Assembly (NCBI GenBank): GCA_033764315.1
Contig: JANRJA010000154.1
Coordinates: 1-43,309, forward strand
Origin: Oculatellaceae cyanobacterium bins.114
GTDB lineage: Bacteria > Cyanobacteriota > Cyanobacteriia > Elainellales > Elainellaceae
Length of the DNA: 43,309 nt
Direction: 5' to 3'
Shown here: piece by piece, positions 27,113 to 36,308 of the stretch
Position numbering within the stretch: the stretch's first letter is position 1
Layout of the letters: each line of letters opens with the position of its first letter
Made by a program: the position numbers and the translations under genes
Notes under the pieces: generated by a model
Databases searched by the model: none
Seen by the model: the letters and a program-made list of their open reading frames with translations, nothing else
Told to the model about the DNA's origin: nothing

Positions 27113-27775
27113 ATGAGACTGCCTACAATTCCTGATTTTGGCGACATTATTGATGATATCGATGATGTCTTTAAAGACGTCTTTAACAGCCTAGATGACA
27201 TCGATCTGCTGGATGGTCTAGACGACGTATTCGGCGATTTGGGTGACATTAATTTTTTAGATGACCTAGTGGGTCGCGACTTATTTCGAGGCGACAGCGG
27301 CAACGACACAATTCTTGGCTCTGTTGCAGGCGATATTTTGATTGGGTTAGTTGGCAATGACATTCTGTTAGGAATGATCGGCAATGACATTATCAATGGC
27401 GGTAGAGGCAATGACCTGCTGCAAGGCTTGTTGGGCAATGACACGTTGGTTGGGCAAGTCGGCAGAGATTTGTTAGATGGCGGCAGAGGCAATGATGTTT
27501 TAGTTGGCGGTCAAGGTTTAGACCAACTCATAGGCGGCAGAGGACGCGATGAGTTTGTGTTGCAACGACGCAGTGGGCTTGACACCATCTTTGACTTTGA
27601 GGATAGACGCGATCGCCTTGCTTTGCCAGAAAGCATTGACTTTGAAGACTTACGAATTACCCGCCGTGGTAGCGATACTGTTGTCAGCTACGGCAGCAAC
27701 CCACTAGCCGTGTTACAAGATATCCGCCCCACTCAAATTACAGCGGCTGACTTTATACGCTTCACTGATGGCTAA
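27113..27775 (+). CDS. RTX/hemolysin-type Ca2+-binding repeat protein
   Basis: About 10 GGxGxDxLx nonapeptides, C-terminal D.I.DF....D.L.L...I...DF, acidic N-terminus. ATG at 27113 preferred. Confidence 0.9.
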   Translation: MRLPTIPDFGDIIDDIDDVFKDVFNSLDDIDLLDGLDDVFGDLGDINFLDDLVGRDLFRGDSGNDTILGSVAGDILIGLVGNDILLGMIGNDIINGGRGNDLLQGLLGNDTLVGQVGRDLLDGGRGNDVLVGGQGLDQLIGGRGRDEFVLQRRSGLDTIFDFEDRRDRLALPESIDFEDLRITRRGSDTVVSYGSNPLAVLQDIRPTQITAADFIRFTDG

Positions 27776-28531
27776 AATCGCCTGCCACTCTTGATCTGAG
27801 AGTGGCTGTGAAATGAGATGGATGCCCCAACAACGTTGCGCTGACTCGATGAGGGCATCCACCACCGTTTGCCAGTTGGCTCGGTCGTGTAGCCATGCGG
27901 GTAGAGCCTCTAGAGGGGTAACAAGTGCCTCTGATTTTGTCTCAAATACCTGTTGATATAGGGTTGAGTCTGCGGCTAGCCGCATTGAACCATGTTGTAG
28001 TGCGACATTTCCCCGGCGGAGTTGAGCACTGCCAATGAACTTAGCCCCATTGGGCAAAACCAGATCGGCTCCGGTTGCCGTGCCAAAGCAATTGGGGTTG
28101 TGAATATACCCTCGTCCGGCTTGCCCGTAATAGAGGGAAACACCGAGCGATCGCCAGCCTTCAATCAAAAACTCACAGAGTTGTTGATAAGCCAGGAGGC
28201 GATTGGCAGGTAACCCTGAAGCGATCACCGCATAGGTCAGGTCGCCTTGGTGTAAAACTGCTCGCCCTCCGGTGGGGCGACGCACCAGATCTGCTGGCTC
28301 GTCTTGCCAGATCAAATCGTGCCAAGTGTCGGGGTATCGCCGTTGATGATAGCCCAATGAGATGGCAACAGGGTTCCACGTGTAAAACCGCAGAGTGGGG
28401 GGATGAGTTCCCGCACAATGGTGTTGAAACAACCAGGCATCCACTGCCATTTGCAGATGCCCAGGTGCTGCTATAGGGGAAATAAGTCGCCAGCGATCGC
28501 CCCATTGGGGGAATTGCTTTGCATCACTCAA
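27713..28531 (-). CDS. Lipoate-protein ligase A family (octanoyltransferase-like)
   Basis: QMAVD, LRFYTW...ISLGYHQ, VRRPTGGRAVLH..DLTY, K.IGSAQ, LQHGS. Confidence 0.9.
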   Translation of the reverse strand: MSDAKQFPQWGDRWRLISPIAAPGHLQMAVDAWLFQHHCAGTHPPTLRFYTWNPVAISLGYHQRRYPDTWHDLIWQDEPADLVRRPTGGRAVLHQGDLTYAVIASGLPANRLLAYQQLCEFLIEGWRSLGVSLYYGQAGRGYIHNPNCFGTATGADLVLPNGAKFIGSAQLRRGNVALQHGSMRLAADSTLYQQVFETKSEALVTPLEALPAWLHDRANWQTVVDALIESAQRCWGIHLISQPLSDQEWQAILAISEAYKVSRCNLSGADIL

Positions 28532-28546
28532 GGTTGTTTTATCCTT

Positions 28547-29020
28547 TTAACCTTGCCCAAACTCAGCCACTAAAGCTTCGTCATGGTCGTCTGCAACCGT
28601 TGCCACAACGGTGATGTTACGAGAAACTTCCCCTGGCGACAACTCTGCCACCGATCGCTGAGACGACACCACAACTTGATTTTCGACAATCCCAAAATGG
28701 GCTTCAAAGGTGCTTGTCCAGTTCAATTCCAATAGCTTTCGCAACAGTTGAGGTTCATTTTTGACAGGCAACTTGAGCACGGGCGACCAGATCGTTAACA
28801 TGTCTTCATCCGATGTCCCAGTCAACTGCACATAAACCTCAACACTGCCATACTTAAATTTCCACAGGTGCCCCTGCTCGGTTTGGCTGACCATTGCACT
28901 TTGGTCTTCTTGCAAGCTAGAAATGACTGTTTCGATGACCTCAACATGGTTTGCCTCAGCAATCGTTTCGCTGACAAGGCTCTGGTTAGTATCGGATTCT
29001 GGGTTGGTGGTGTAGGTCAT
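28547..29020 (-). CDS. YbjN-domain protein
   Basis: WKFKYGSVEV.VQLTG...D.L..WS.VL.LP...LLE.NW..TFEA.F, a conserved cyanobacterial pattern. Confidence 0.82.
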   Translation of the reverse strand: MTYTTNPESDTNQSLVSETIAEANHVEVIETVISSLQEDQSAMVSQTEQGHLWKFKYGSVEVYVQLTGTSDEDMLTIWSPVLKLPVKNEPQLLRKLLELNWTSTFEAHFGIVENQVVVSSQRSVAELSPGEVSRNITVVATVADDHDEALVAEFGQG

Positions 29021-29343
29021 AAATCAGCAGATTATTATGGCTGTGTAGTCCAAACTGAGAATTGACAAGCGTTGCGACGTGCCAATAGTCATCAAGTGAC
29101 TAGAGACGCTCCTTCATACTAAGAGGTCAGTCCAACACAAGGATTACTCCTTGAGTGTGAAATCTAAGTGTGAAATTGTCGCTTATCCCAACTCTATCCT
29201 CTGCTAGCTTCACCAACCTACAGTGTATTGATTTTTTACGTTTTTGGTTTCTGTTGAACGGCGATCGCTCAACTTGCCTTTAACAGCAAACGACCAACCG
29301 TGGAGCGATCGCACCGATTGATTTAAGCAAGGTTGCGAGACGG

Positions 29344-29805
29344 TTAAGCCCGGACAGCTTTAGGAAAGAGGTCTTTGAGTGCAGCGGGCAAAATGCTTGT
29401 GACATCTTCCACTTCACCGTTGGGGATGCGCTCAGCGATCACCTTAAACACGGCTCGTGCTACCTGCTCGACATCTACATCAAACTCGCTCTCACCCGTT
29501 TGAAAATAGTGATGCAGATGGTTGTGCAGACTCTCCAAAAAGGCAGCTTTAGTCCGTTCTTTGGTGGGATTGTGTTCTGGCTTCCAGCCTTCGTAATAAA
29601 ATCCGGCTAACAAAATCGGTAGCTCTGCACCAAAATGGGCAGCCTCACCTATCGTCAGGCGATCGCGCAATACATGCAAGGTGGCTCTTAAAACCTGGAA
29701 AGTTTTGTGAGGATCGTCCCAACCCAATTCGGCTGCAACATCATTGATCCACAGTTGAGTTTGCTGAGTTGTTTTGTCAAATACATCTAATCCTGTCATT
29801 ACCAT
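29344..29805 (-). CDS. DUF2267 family protein
   Basis: TGLDVFDKT.Q.T..W, LRATLH.LRDRL...EAA...A.LP.LL.G.YYEGW.P. Start uncertain (29826/29805/29799). Confidence 0.85.
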   Translation of the reverse strand: MVMTGLDVFDKTTQQTQLWINDVAAELGWDDPHKTFQVLRATLHVLRDRLTIGEAAHFGAELPILLAGFYYEGWKPEHNPTKERTKAAFLESLHNHLHHYFQTGESEFDVDVEQVARAVFKVIAERIPNGEVEDVTSILPAALKDLFPKAVRA

Positions 29806-29919
29806 TTTTATGCCTCGACATAGCACTGATCATGGTAGCGAGTCAAGCATTTGATGCAGTCTGTCAATCGGCACAGATTGGAAGAAGGTTGGTAGTAGCC
29901 AAGACAATAGGTGGATTCA

Positions 29920-29947
29920 GTCATTGGTCATTGCTCATTGGTCATTG
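29920..29947. repeat. STRR-like heptamer repeat (GTCATTG x4)
   Basis: GTCATTG GTCATTG CTCATTG GTCATTG. Confidence 0.75.
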
Positions 29948-29971
29948 ACGTGATGGGCAAATTAGGAGTTT

Positions 29972-30038
29972 AGATCCCCGGTTTCTCGTTGGAGCTGACC
30001 GAAAGGTGCCTCGTTACATCCCTAGAAATCGGGGATCT
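29972..30038. repeat. AGATCCCCG hairpin repeat with long loop
   Basis: AGATCCCCGGTTTCT ... AGAAATCGGGGATCT; followed at ~30068 by GAATTGGTAT, a MITE-like end. Confidence 0.65.
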
Positions 30039-30088
30039 GGAATAGTTGCACGTCGGATTACTTTAAGGAATTGGTATGACTCATCTGC

Positions 30089-30130
30089 AAAAAAAAGCAA
30101 AAAAGAGGGCACCCGATTGGACTACCCTCT
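30089..30130 (-). terminator. Rho-independent terminator of the ferritin-like gene
   Basis: On -: AGAGGGTA...TGCCCTCT stem followed by TTTTTGCTTTTTTTT, about 46 bp after the stop. Confidence 0.7.
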
Positions 30131-30176
30131 CGCTAATATCAGTTGGCTTGGAACGAAACGAGCTTAAACGTTAACC

Positions 30177-31085
30177 TCAGGCACTTTTCTTAACTTGCCC
30201 TTTCTCAATGCGGTTGATGCCATTGAGAAACATTGGCACAAAACGTTCCATAAATGCTTTGGGATCACGTTGCCAAGCTCGTTGAGCAACGTCAATGCGA
30301 GTACGTTGTAAGTCAGGTGCCAAGAGCGATTGCGGTAAACGCTCCATCAGATATTGAGGACGCTCCCAAACGGGTAGAGTGTTTGCGATATCGAGCAGAT
30401 TTCCCACACGACGCAATTCTGCACCCAGGGTGATGTCCATTCCTGACTCAAAGGCGGCCTGTTCGATCGCCACATATTTGCGCTTTGCCTGGTCTACTTT
30501 TTGGCGGTGCTCAGGACTTTTGTCTGCTATCTTGGCTAACCAGCGGTTGCCCCAACGAACATGTCCGGCTTCTTCCGGCAAAATGCGTTCAATGGTTTCG
30601 CGAATTTTGATGTTTTCTTCTGTCTGAGGTGCCTTTTTGAGCGCATAGATGTGACCAGAGAAATATTCGCAACCCCGCTTTTCGGTGACGTTGATAGCAG
30701 CAATGGATGAGATCACAAAATCCTCATGGCTATCTGTTAAACCGGGGCGATCGCGATCGAGCAACCGCTCAAACTCATCAATATAAGACGAGCCTGGAGG
30801 AGTGCCAATATCAGCACCCAACTCTATTAATAAGTCGGTCAACCATATCGCATGGCGGGCTTCGTCTGAGATGTGACGAGACAAATCCTGCACCAGCTCA
30901 GGGGGTTTGCCATTCAGAAATTCAATCAAATTTGTTAAGTCTTTGCAGCTTCTTTGTTCGCTATAGCGGTAGCGATTCAAGGTGATGATATGAATGTCGC
31001 GATCGCGCACAACCTGTTGCAGCACATCGCGGGCACTCATAGCACCCAATGAGCTTTGCAGTTTGCGAGGGTAAACAACGGTCAT
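30177..31085 (-). CDS. Ferritin-like di-iron domain protein
   Basis: E...DEARH and E...EEAGH di-iron ExxH motifs. ATG at 31085 preferred. Confidence 0.85.
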   Translation of the reverse strand: MTVVYPRKLQSSLGAMSARDVLQQVVRDRDIHIITLNRYRYSEQRSCKDLTNLIEFLNGKPPELVQDLSRHISDEARHAIWLTDLLIELGADIGTPPGSSYIDEFERLLDRDRPGLTDSHEDFVISSIAAINVTEKRGCEYFSGHIYALKKAPQTEENIKIRETIERILPEEAGHVRWGNRWLAKIADKSPEHRQKVDQAKRKYVAIEQAAFESGMDITLGAELRRVGNLLDIANTLPVWERPQYLMERLPQSLLAPDLQRTRIDVAQRAWQRDPKAFMERFVPMFLNGINRIEKGQVKKSA

Positions 31086-31248
31086 AAGAAATATGGTAAT
31101 TATTGCGGTTTGTAAACTTCTTCTCATCCTAACGCAACTTTAATCAAGCGTGGGTCACTTCTGACTGGCTACTTCATCCGGGTTGTACTAAGCTTCTAGT
31201 GATTTAGGCACACAGAGCCAAAAATTACCAAACCTCTCGTCGCACTCT

Positions 31249-32328
31249 ATGTCAATCAAAAACATTATTTCCCTGGGTTTGCTGGTCTTCATTCCGATTT
31301 CGTTAGCGGCAGAGCGTTTAGAATGGGGGGCGTTGACAGTGTTTATCACCGCAGCGATCGCCATTGTTCCTCTAGCCATCTGGCTTAGCACTGCCACCGA
31401 AGAAGTTGCCGTGGTGGCGGGTCCATCAATTGGTGGTTTATTAAATGCGCTATTTGGCAATGCTACCGAGTTGATTATTGCGCTGGTTGCCTTGAGAGCC
31501 GGATTGATTGATATTGTCAAAGCCAGCATCACGGGTACGATCATCAGCAACCTGTTGTTGGTGATGGGTTTGTCAATGTTCTTAGGCGGATTGCGCTACA
31601 AAGAACAGGAGTTTCAGCCAATCGTGGCACGGGTCAACGGTTCCACCATGACGTTAGCGGTGACTGCGATCGTGTTGCCTGCAATGGTGATCGCCACCTC
31701 TGGAGGGGTAGAGCCGATCGCTATTGAGCGACTCTCTATTACAGCGGCGATCGTGCTGATTGCGGTTTATGCCATGACGTTGCTGTTTTCCCTCAAGACC
31801 CACAGCTATCTCTATGAAGTGGGAGTCGTTGACCACGCTGAAGAGACGGGTGAAGTGGCTCATAAACCCAATTTGCCGCTGTGGTTAGGGGTGTTAGCCA
31901 TTTCGACCATTGGCGTTGCATTTGAGTCTGAGATTTTTGTCGGTGCCGTTGAGGAAGCAACTTCTGGGCTAGGCTTGACGCCACTCTTTACGGGGGTAAT
32001 TTTGTTGCCTCTGGTAGGAGGAGCCGCCGAGTATGTCACGGCGGTGCGGGTGGCGGTCAAAAACAACATGGACTTGTCAGTGTCTGTGGCGATGGGGTCG
32101 AGTCTCTTGGTCGCCCTGTTGGTGGCACCTATTCTCGTATTAGTGGGGCAGGTGATTGGGCAACCGATGGATTTAAGCTTTAATCTATTTGAAGTCGTTG
32201 CAGTGGCGATCGCCGTTGCAGTGGCAAATTTGATTAGCCTCGATGGGCGATCAAACTGGTTAGAAGGAGCACTATTATTGGCAACTTATATCGTCTTAGG
32301 TGCTGCTTTCTATTTCCACCCCGCCTGA
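31249..32328 (+). CDS. cax: Ca2+/H+ antiporter (CAX), copy 1
   Basis: GGLLNA.FGNATE alpha-1 motif; alpha-2 variant GGAAEY; DG.SNWLEG.LL..Y. Confidence 0.92.
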   Translation: MSIKNIISLGLLVFIPISLAAERLEWGALTVFITAAIAIVPLAIWLSTATEEVAVVAGPSIGGLLNALFGNATELIIALVALRAGLIDIVKASITGTIISNLLLVMGLSMFLGGLRYKEQEFQPIVARVNGSTMTLAVTAIVLPAMVIATSGGVEPIAIERLSITAAIVLIAVYAMTLLFSLKTHSYLYEVGVVDHAEETGEVAHKPNLPLWLGVLAISTIGVAFESEIFVGAVEEATSGLGLTPLFTGVILLPLVGGAAEYVTAVRVAVKNNMDLSVSVAMGSSLLVALLVAPILVLVGQVIGQPMDLSFNLFEVVAVAIAVAVANLISLDGRSNWLEGALLLATYIVLGAAFYFHPA

Positions 32329-32363
32329 TATGATTGCATCTCGTTGACTCTTCCCAAATTGGC

Positions 32364-33479
32364 ATGACCACCAAAAATCTAATCTTTTCAGTGCTGTTAG
32401 TGTTTATTCCCATCTCGATCGCGGCACATTTTTTAGCATGGAGCCCATTGGCGATCTTCATCACAGCCGGGTTGGCGATCGTCCCTTTGGCAGCTTGGAT
32501 GGGAACTGCCACCGAAGAAATTGCCGTTGTTGTCGGTCCATCATTGGGGGGCTTGTTAAATGCCACCTTTGGTAATGCCACTGAGTTGATCGTGGCATTG
32601 GTGGCACTGCAAGCGGGGTTAGTGAATATCGTCAAAGCCAGTTTGACGGGGTCGATCATCGGCAATCTGCTGCTGGTGATGGGGTTGTCGATGTTTTTAG
32701 GTGGATTGCGCTTTAAAGAGCAGGAATTTCAACCCATCGTGGCACGAGTCAACGCCTCCTCAATGAATTTGGCAGTGATTGCCATGCTGTTGCCAACAGC
32801 AGTAAACTTCAGTTCCTCTGGGGTGGCACCGGTTGCTTTGCAAAAGCTGTCGGTTGCCGTCGCTATTGTATTGATTTTGGTCTATGGTTTAACCCTGCTA
32901 TTTTCGATGAAGACCCACGCTTATCTCTATGACGTGGGGATCACCGAATTTGAGGATATCGCGATCGCTGACTCAGAGGCGATCGATGCACCAGGAGAGG
33001 CACTCAGCCATAAACCCAACCTGTGGTTTTGGGTGGCGGTTTTGCTAACTGCCACTATATTTGTGGCGATCGAGTCAGAATATCTGGTCGGCACTCTGGA
33101 AGAAGCGACCGTCAAACTGGGGTTTACCGAGTTGTTTACCGGGGTGATCTTGTTGCCGATCATTGGCAATGCGGCTGAACATGCTACTGCTGTTGTCGTT
33201 GCCATCAAAGACAAAATGGATTTGTCCGTTTCTGTGGCGGTCGGTTCTAGCCTGCAAATTGCGCTGTTTGTTGCGCCTGTGTTGGTTCTCGTGGGATGGG
33301 TGATCGGGCAACCGATGGATCTAAACTTCAATCCCTTTGAGTTAGTAGCGGTTGCCGTCTCGGTGTTGATTGCTAACTCCATCAGTTCCGATGGGCGATC
33401 GAACTGGTTTGAGGGGGTTTTGTTGCTGGCAACCTACATCGTGTTGGGCTTAGCTTTCTTTTTTCACCCCGTCATTTAG
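32364..33479 (+). CDS. cax: Ca2+/H+ antiporter (CAX), copy 2
   Basis: GNATE and canonical GNAAEH, GSSLQIALFVAP, acidic central loop. ATG at 32364 preferred. Confidence 0.94.
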   Translation: MTTKNLIFSVLLVFIPISIAAHFLAWSPLAIFITAGLAIVPLAAWMGTATEEIAVVVGPSLGGLLNATFGNATELIVALVALQAGLVNIVKASLTGSIIGNLLLVMGLSMFLGGLRFKEQEFQPIVARVNASSMNLAVIAMLLPTAVNFSSSGVAPVALQKLSVAVAIVLILVYGLTLLFSMKTHAYLYDVGITEFEDIAIADSEAIDAPGEALSHKPNLWFWVAVLLTATIFVAIESEYLVGTLEEATVKLGFTELFTGVILLPIIGNAAEHATAVVVAIKDKMDLSVSVAVGSSLQIALFVAPVLVLVGWVIGQPMDLNFNPFELVAVAVSVLIANSISSDGRSNWFEGVLLLATYIVLGLAFFFHPVI

Positions 33480-33499
33480 CTACTTTTTTCATGCTTCCC

Positions 33500-34870
33500 C
33501 TACACCACCCGGTTTTGGCGAATGCACTCGGCATACCAGTGATAGCTGGCTTTGGGGATGCGTTCTTGAGTGTTGTAATTGACATAAATCAGCCCAAAGC
33601 GGCGATCGTAGCCCCACGCCCATTCAAAGTTGTCGAGTAAACTCCAAACAAAATACCCCTTGAGCGGATAGCCCTCACTAACGGCTCGATGGGCTGATTT
33701 AAAGTACTCTCGTAGATAAAGGATGCGATCGGTGTCAATCACTTCTCGATTCACCAGTTCATCATCAGCAGCACACCCATTCTCGCTGATAAAAATGGGT
33801 AAATCGGGTCGTCCCAACGTCTCACTGATATGGCGAACGCCCCAATATAAGCAGTCTGGCACAAAGTGCAGCCAGGGCATGTGTAAGCGAGGATAGCCCC
33901 GTGGAAAAGCCAGTGATTCAAAACCTGCTGGGTTATCTGCTGCCCGCACATAACTTCCGGTGTAGACATTAAACCCTAGCCCATCCAGGGGTTGATGAAT
34001 CGTTTCTAAATCACCCGGTTGAATATCTGGTGCATCCTTGCCTAACTGCTCTAAGAACACCGGACTGTAAGCCCCTGTCAGGGCTGGAAAGGTCACTCCA
34101 CCATTAAACCAGCAGGTATGAAAGGCCCGCTTAGCCGCTTCGATATTGGCAGGGGATTCGTTAATCGGGACGGTGATCCCAAAGTTATCTACCAATGACA
34201 CGGAGCAGGGCACTGGAGACGCCGCCCGAATGGCTTGACAGGCTAATCCGTGAGCCAATAGCGCATGATGGGAGGTTTGCCACACTGCTTTTTTATGTTT
34301 TACAACAGTGCCGGGGGCATGCATCGGCACTTTGCCAACCCCGTAACCCAAATGAGTAAAACAAGGGATTTCGTTAATCGTCATCCAATTTGAGAGGCGA
34401 TCGCCCAAACGACTCACAACGGCTGTCGCATAATCGGCAAAATCAGTCGCAATCTGACGGCTCTGCCAGGAGCCATACTGTTGCTCTAGTGATTGTGGGC
34501 TATCCCAGTGAAATAGTGTAGCGTGAGGGGTAATGCCATGCTCTTGCAAACAATCTATTAGCCGTTTGTAGAAGTCAATGCCTGCCTCATTCACCGCTCC
34601 GCGACCATCGGGGATCACTCGTGTCCAGCTAATGCTAAAGCGATAATGCTTGATCCCCAGGGCTGCCATCAAGCGCACATCTTCAGGATAGCGGTGGTAA
34701 TGGTCACAGGCGATCGCCCCTGTGTCTCCATTTAAAACTCGCTTGGGGATCGCGCTAAACGTATCCCAAACACTGGGTTTTCGTCCTCCTTCGGTAGCCG
34801 CCCCTTCAATCTGATAGGCCGCCGTTGCCGCCCCCCACATAAAGTCATCTGGAAACTGATAGCTTGTCAT
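33500..34870 (-). CDS. GH1 beta-glucosidase
   Basis: F.WGAATAAYQIEG, YRFSISW.R, acid/base TINE, nucleophile ISENG, WSLLDNFEWA.GY..RFG. ATG at 34870. Confidence 0.95.
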   Translation of the reverse strand: MTSYQFPDDFMWGAATAAYQIEGAATEGGRKPSVWDTFSAIPKRVLNGDTGAIACDHYHRYPEDVRLMAALGIKHYRFSISWTRVIPDGRGAVNEAGIDFYKRLIDCLQEHGITPHATLFHWDSPQSLEQQYGSWQSRQIATDFADYATAVVSRLGDRLSNWMTINEIPCFTHLGYGVGKVPMHAPGTVVKHKKAVWQTSHHALLAHGLACQAIRAASPVPCSVSLVDNFGITVPINESPANIEAAKRAFHTCWFNGGVTFPALTGAYSPVFLEQLGKDAPDIQPGDLETIHQPLDGLGFNVYTGSYVRAADNPAGFESLAFPRGYPRLHMPWLHFVPDCLYWGVRHISETLGRPDLPIFISENGCAADDELVNREVIDTDRILYLREYFKSAHRAVSEGYPLKGYFVWSLLDNFEWAWGYDRRFGLIYVNYNTQERIPKASYHWYAECIRQNRVV

Positions 34871-34946
34871 TTTGATCTCCAGCACGCCTTGTTTTTCAAG
34901 AGTGTAAGTTCTTGCGGGGGTAAACTGTGCAACGAGTCACTGAGGT

Positions 34947-35501
34947 TTATTGATCAAATCGCCGCATTAAATAGGCGACGCCAAAATCTCCGTTGGGGTG
35001 GTTTTCGAGCAATTCAGCCAGTTCAAACACACGGTAGGCCAGATCTTCACCCAACTTCTCAATCGTCGCACGACGTTCGCGTTCAGCTGCCTCTAATTCT
35101 TTGACACGGGCTTGCCACTCACTCGAAAACAGTTGGTCGATCGCAACGTGAATCCCCATGATTTGCAAGACTTCCCACTCGCCGCGATCGCACCAAATGC
35201 CACCACAATTGATACACCGTTCTACATAAAATGGGGTTTTAAGGCTGACTCTAGCCCGTGCTAAATAGCAATTACACTCTGGGCAAAGGGCACCTCGTGA
35301 ATCAGACGAGGCAGGAGTATAGGGAACATCCAGAGTTTTAGGGAGTACTGTCTTACTTTCTACCGCTTGATGACTTTGCCAGGATTGATACTCTTCAGCC
35401 GAGACCCACATCCCCTGACACTCAGGGCAATGTTGGACTCTTAGCCCTTCGGCTAAAGCACTACTTACCAGTTCCACCTGTTTTTCTTTAGGACACTGCA
35501 C
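34947..35501 (-). CDS. Zn-ribbon (zf-TFIIB-like) domain protein
   Basis: CPKE...CPECQGMW and CPEC...CINCGGIWCDRGEW. GTG at 35501 with GGAGA RBS preferred over 35579. Confidence 0.82.
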   Translation of the reverse strand: MQCPKEKQVELVSSALAEGLRVQHCPECQGMWVSAEEYQSWQSHQAVESKTVLPKTLDVPYTPASSDSRGALCPECNCYLARARVSLKTPFYVERCINCGGIWCDRGEWEVLQIMGIHVAIDQLFSSEWQARVKELEAAERERRATIEKLGEDLAYRVFELAELLENHPNGDFGVAYLMRRFDQ

Positions 35502-35584
35502 AACCTGCTCTCCACCAAAACACTCTTTATTAAACCATTCTGGGTTAACCCTTAAGAGAGGAATAAGAGAAGAAAACACCTGAC

Positions 35585-35956
35585 TTAACTCTCTTCCTCC
35601 GTTCCTAATACCATCTCACAGTAGCGAATCAACATCGTCAGGCGATCGCTAATCTGGGTATAACGCTGTTGCACAGTAGCTGATTGTCGAGCCGTTTGCA
35701 GAAATAGAAGATCGACTTCCAATAATCTTAATTGTTTGCTGATCTCAGTTTGAATGGACTGTAGTTTTAAGCCAACTGTAGGGTCTACAGCATCTAAATC
35801 GAGGGATAAAATCTGTTGCTGAAACTGGGTTTTGATGGCTTGCAAGCTTGCTCGAAGTAGCTTTAAGTCAACGGTTTCCGCCGCAATGAATAATTGCGAC
35901 TGCGTCAAGGTCTGTCTCAGGGTGAGATAGGGTTGGTGATAAGTAATGGGTAGCAT
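35585..35956 (-). CDS. patD: PatD-family protein
   Basis: QTEISKQLRLLE.D..FLQ.ARQ..T...R...I.DRL..LI.YC; divergent from rel, as recalled for Anabaena. ATG at 35956 preferred. Confidence 0.78.
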   Translation of the reverse strand: MLPITYHQPYLTLRQTLTQSQLFIAAETVDLKLLRASLQAIKTQFQQQILSLDLDAVDPTVGLKLQSIQTEISKQLRLLEVDLLFLQTARQSATVQQRYTQISDRLTMLIRYCEMVLGTEEES

Positions 35957-36308
35957 TGAAAAAGATAGACTTTTAATATCAGCGGAGAGGCAGACTGATA
36001 ATGTAAAGAAGTTTGTATATATTAGTAGAACAACCACTCTTTACATACTGGCCTTTTAGAGTAAGCTGATAAATCAAGCTCGACCAATTAAGACCGATTT
36101 TTTATACTTGCTTCTCACGTCCCTTGTGCTTCTACTAGAGTTATTTACTACTCTGGTAGGTTTTTGTTTAACCTAGCTCTCAGACTAGCCCCAAAATAAT
36201 GGGATCGAAGCAGGCTCAAAACTGCTCTCGATTTGTATACCTAAGCACATTTATACCGTAAGATTAGCAAAATCTACCCTGAGCCACCCTAAACACCGGG
36301 TCTAAAAG

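Noticed and set aside
27034-27492. 152-aa Pro/Ser-rich minus-strand ORF
   Set aside because: Antisense shadow of the RTX repeats.
29100-29170. Yfr1-like sRNA (GCTCCTTCATAC)
   Set aside because: Does not match the ACTCCTCACAC motif and lacks the flanking hairpins.
31188-33382. Several 120-150 aa minus-strand ORFs
   Set aside because: Antisense shadows of the hydrophobic CAX genes.
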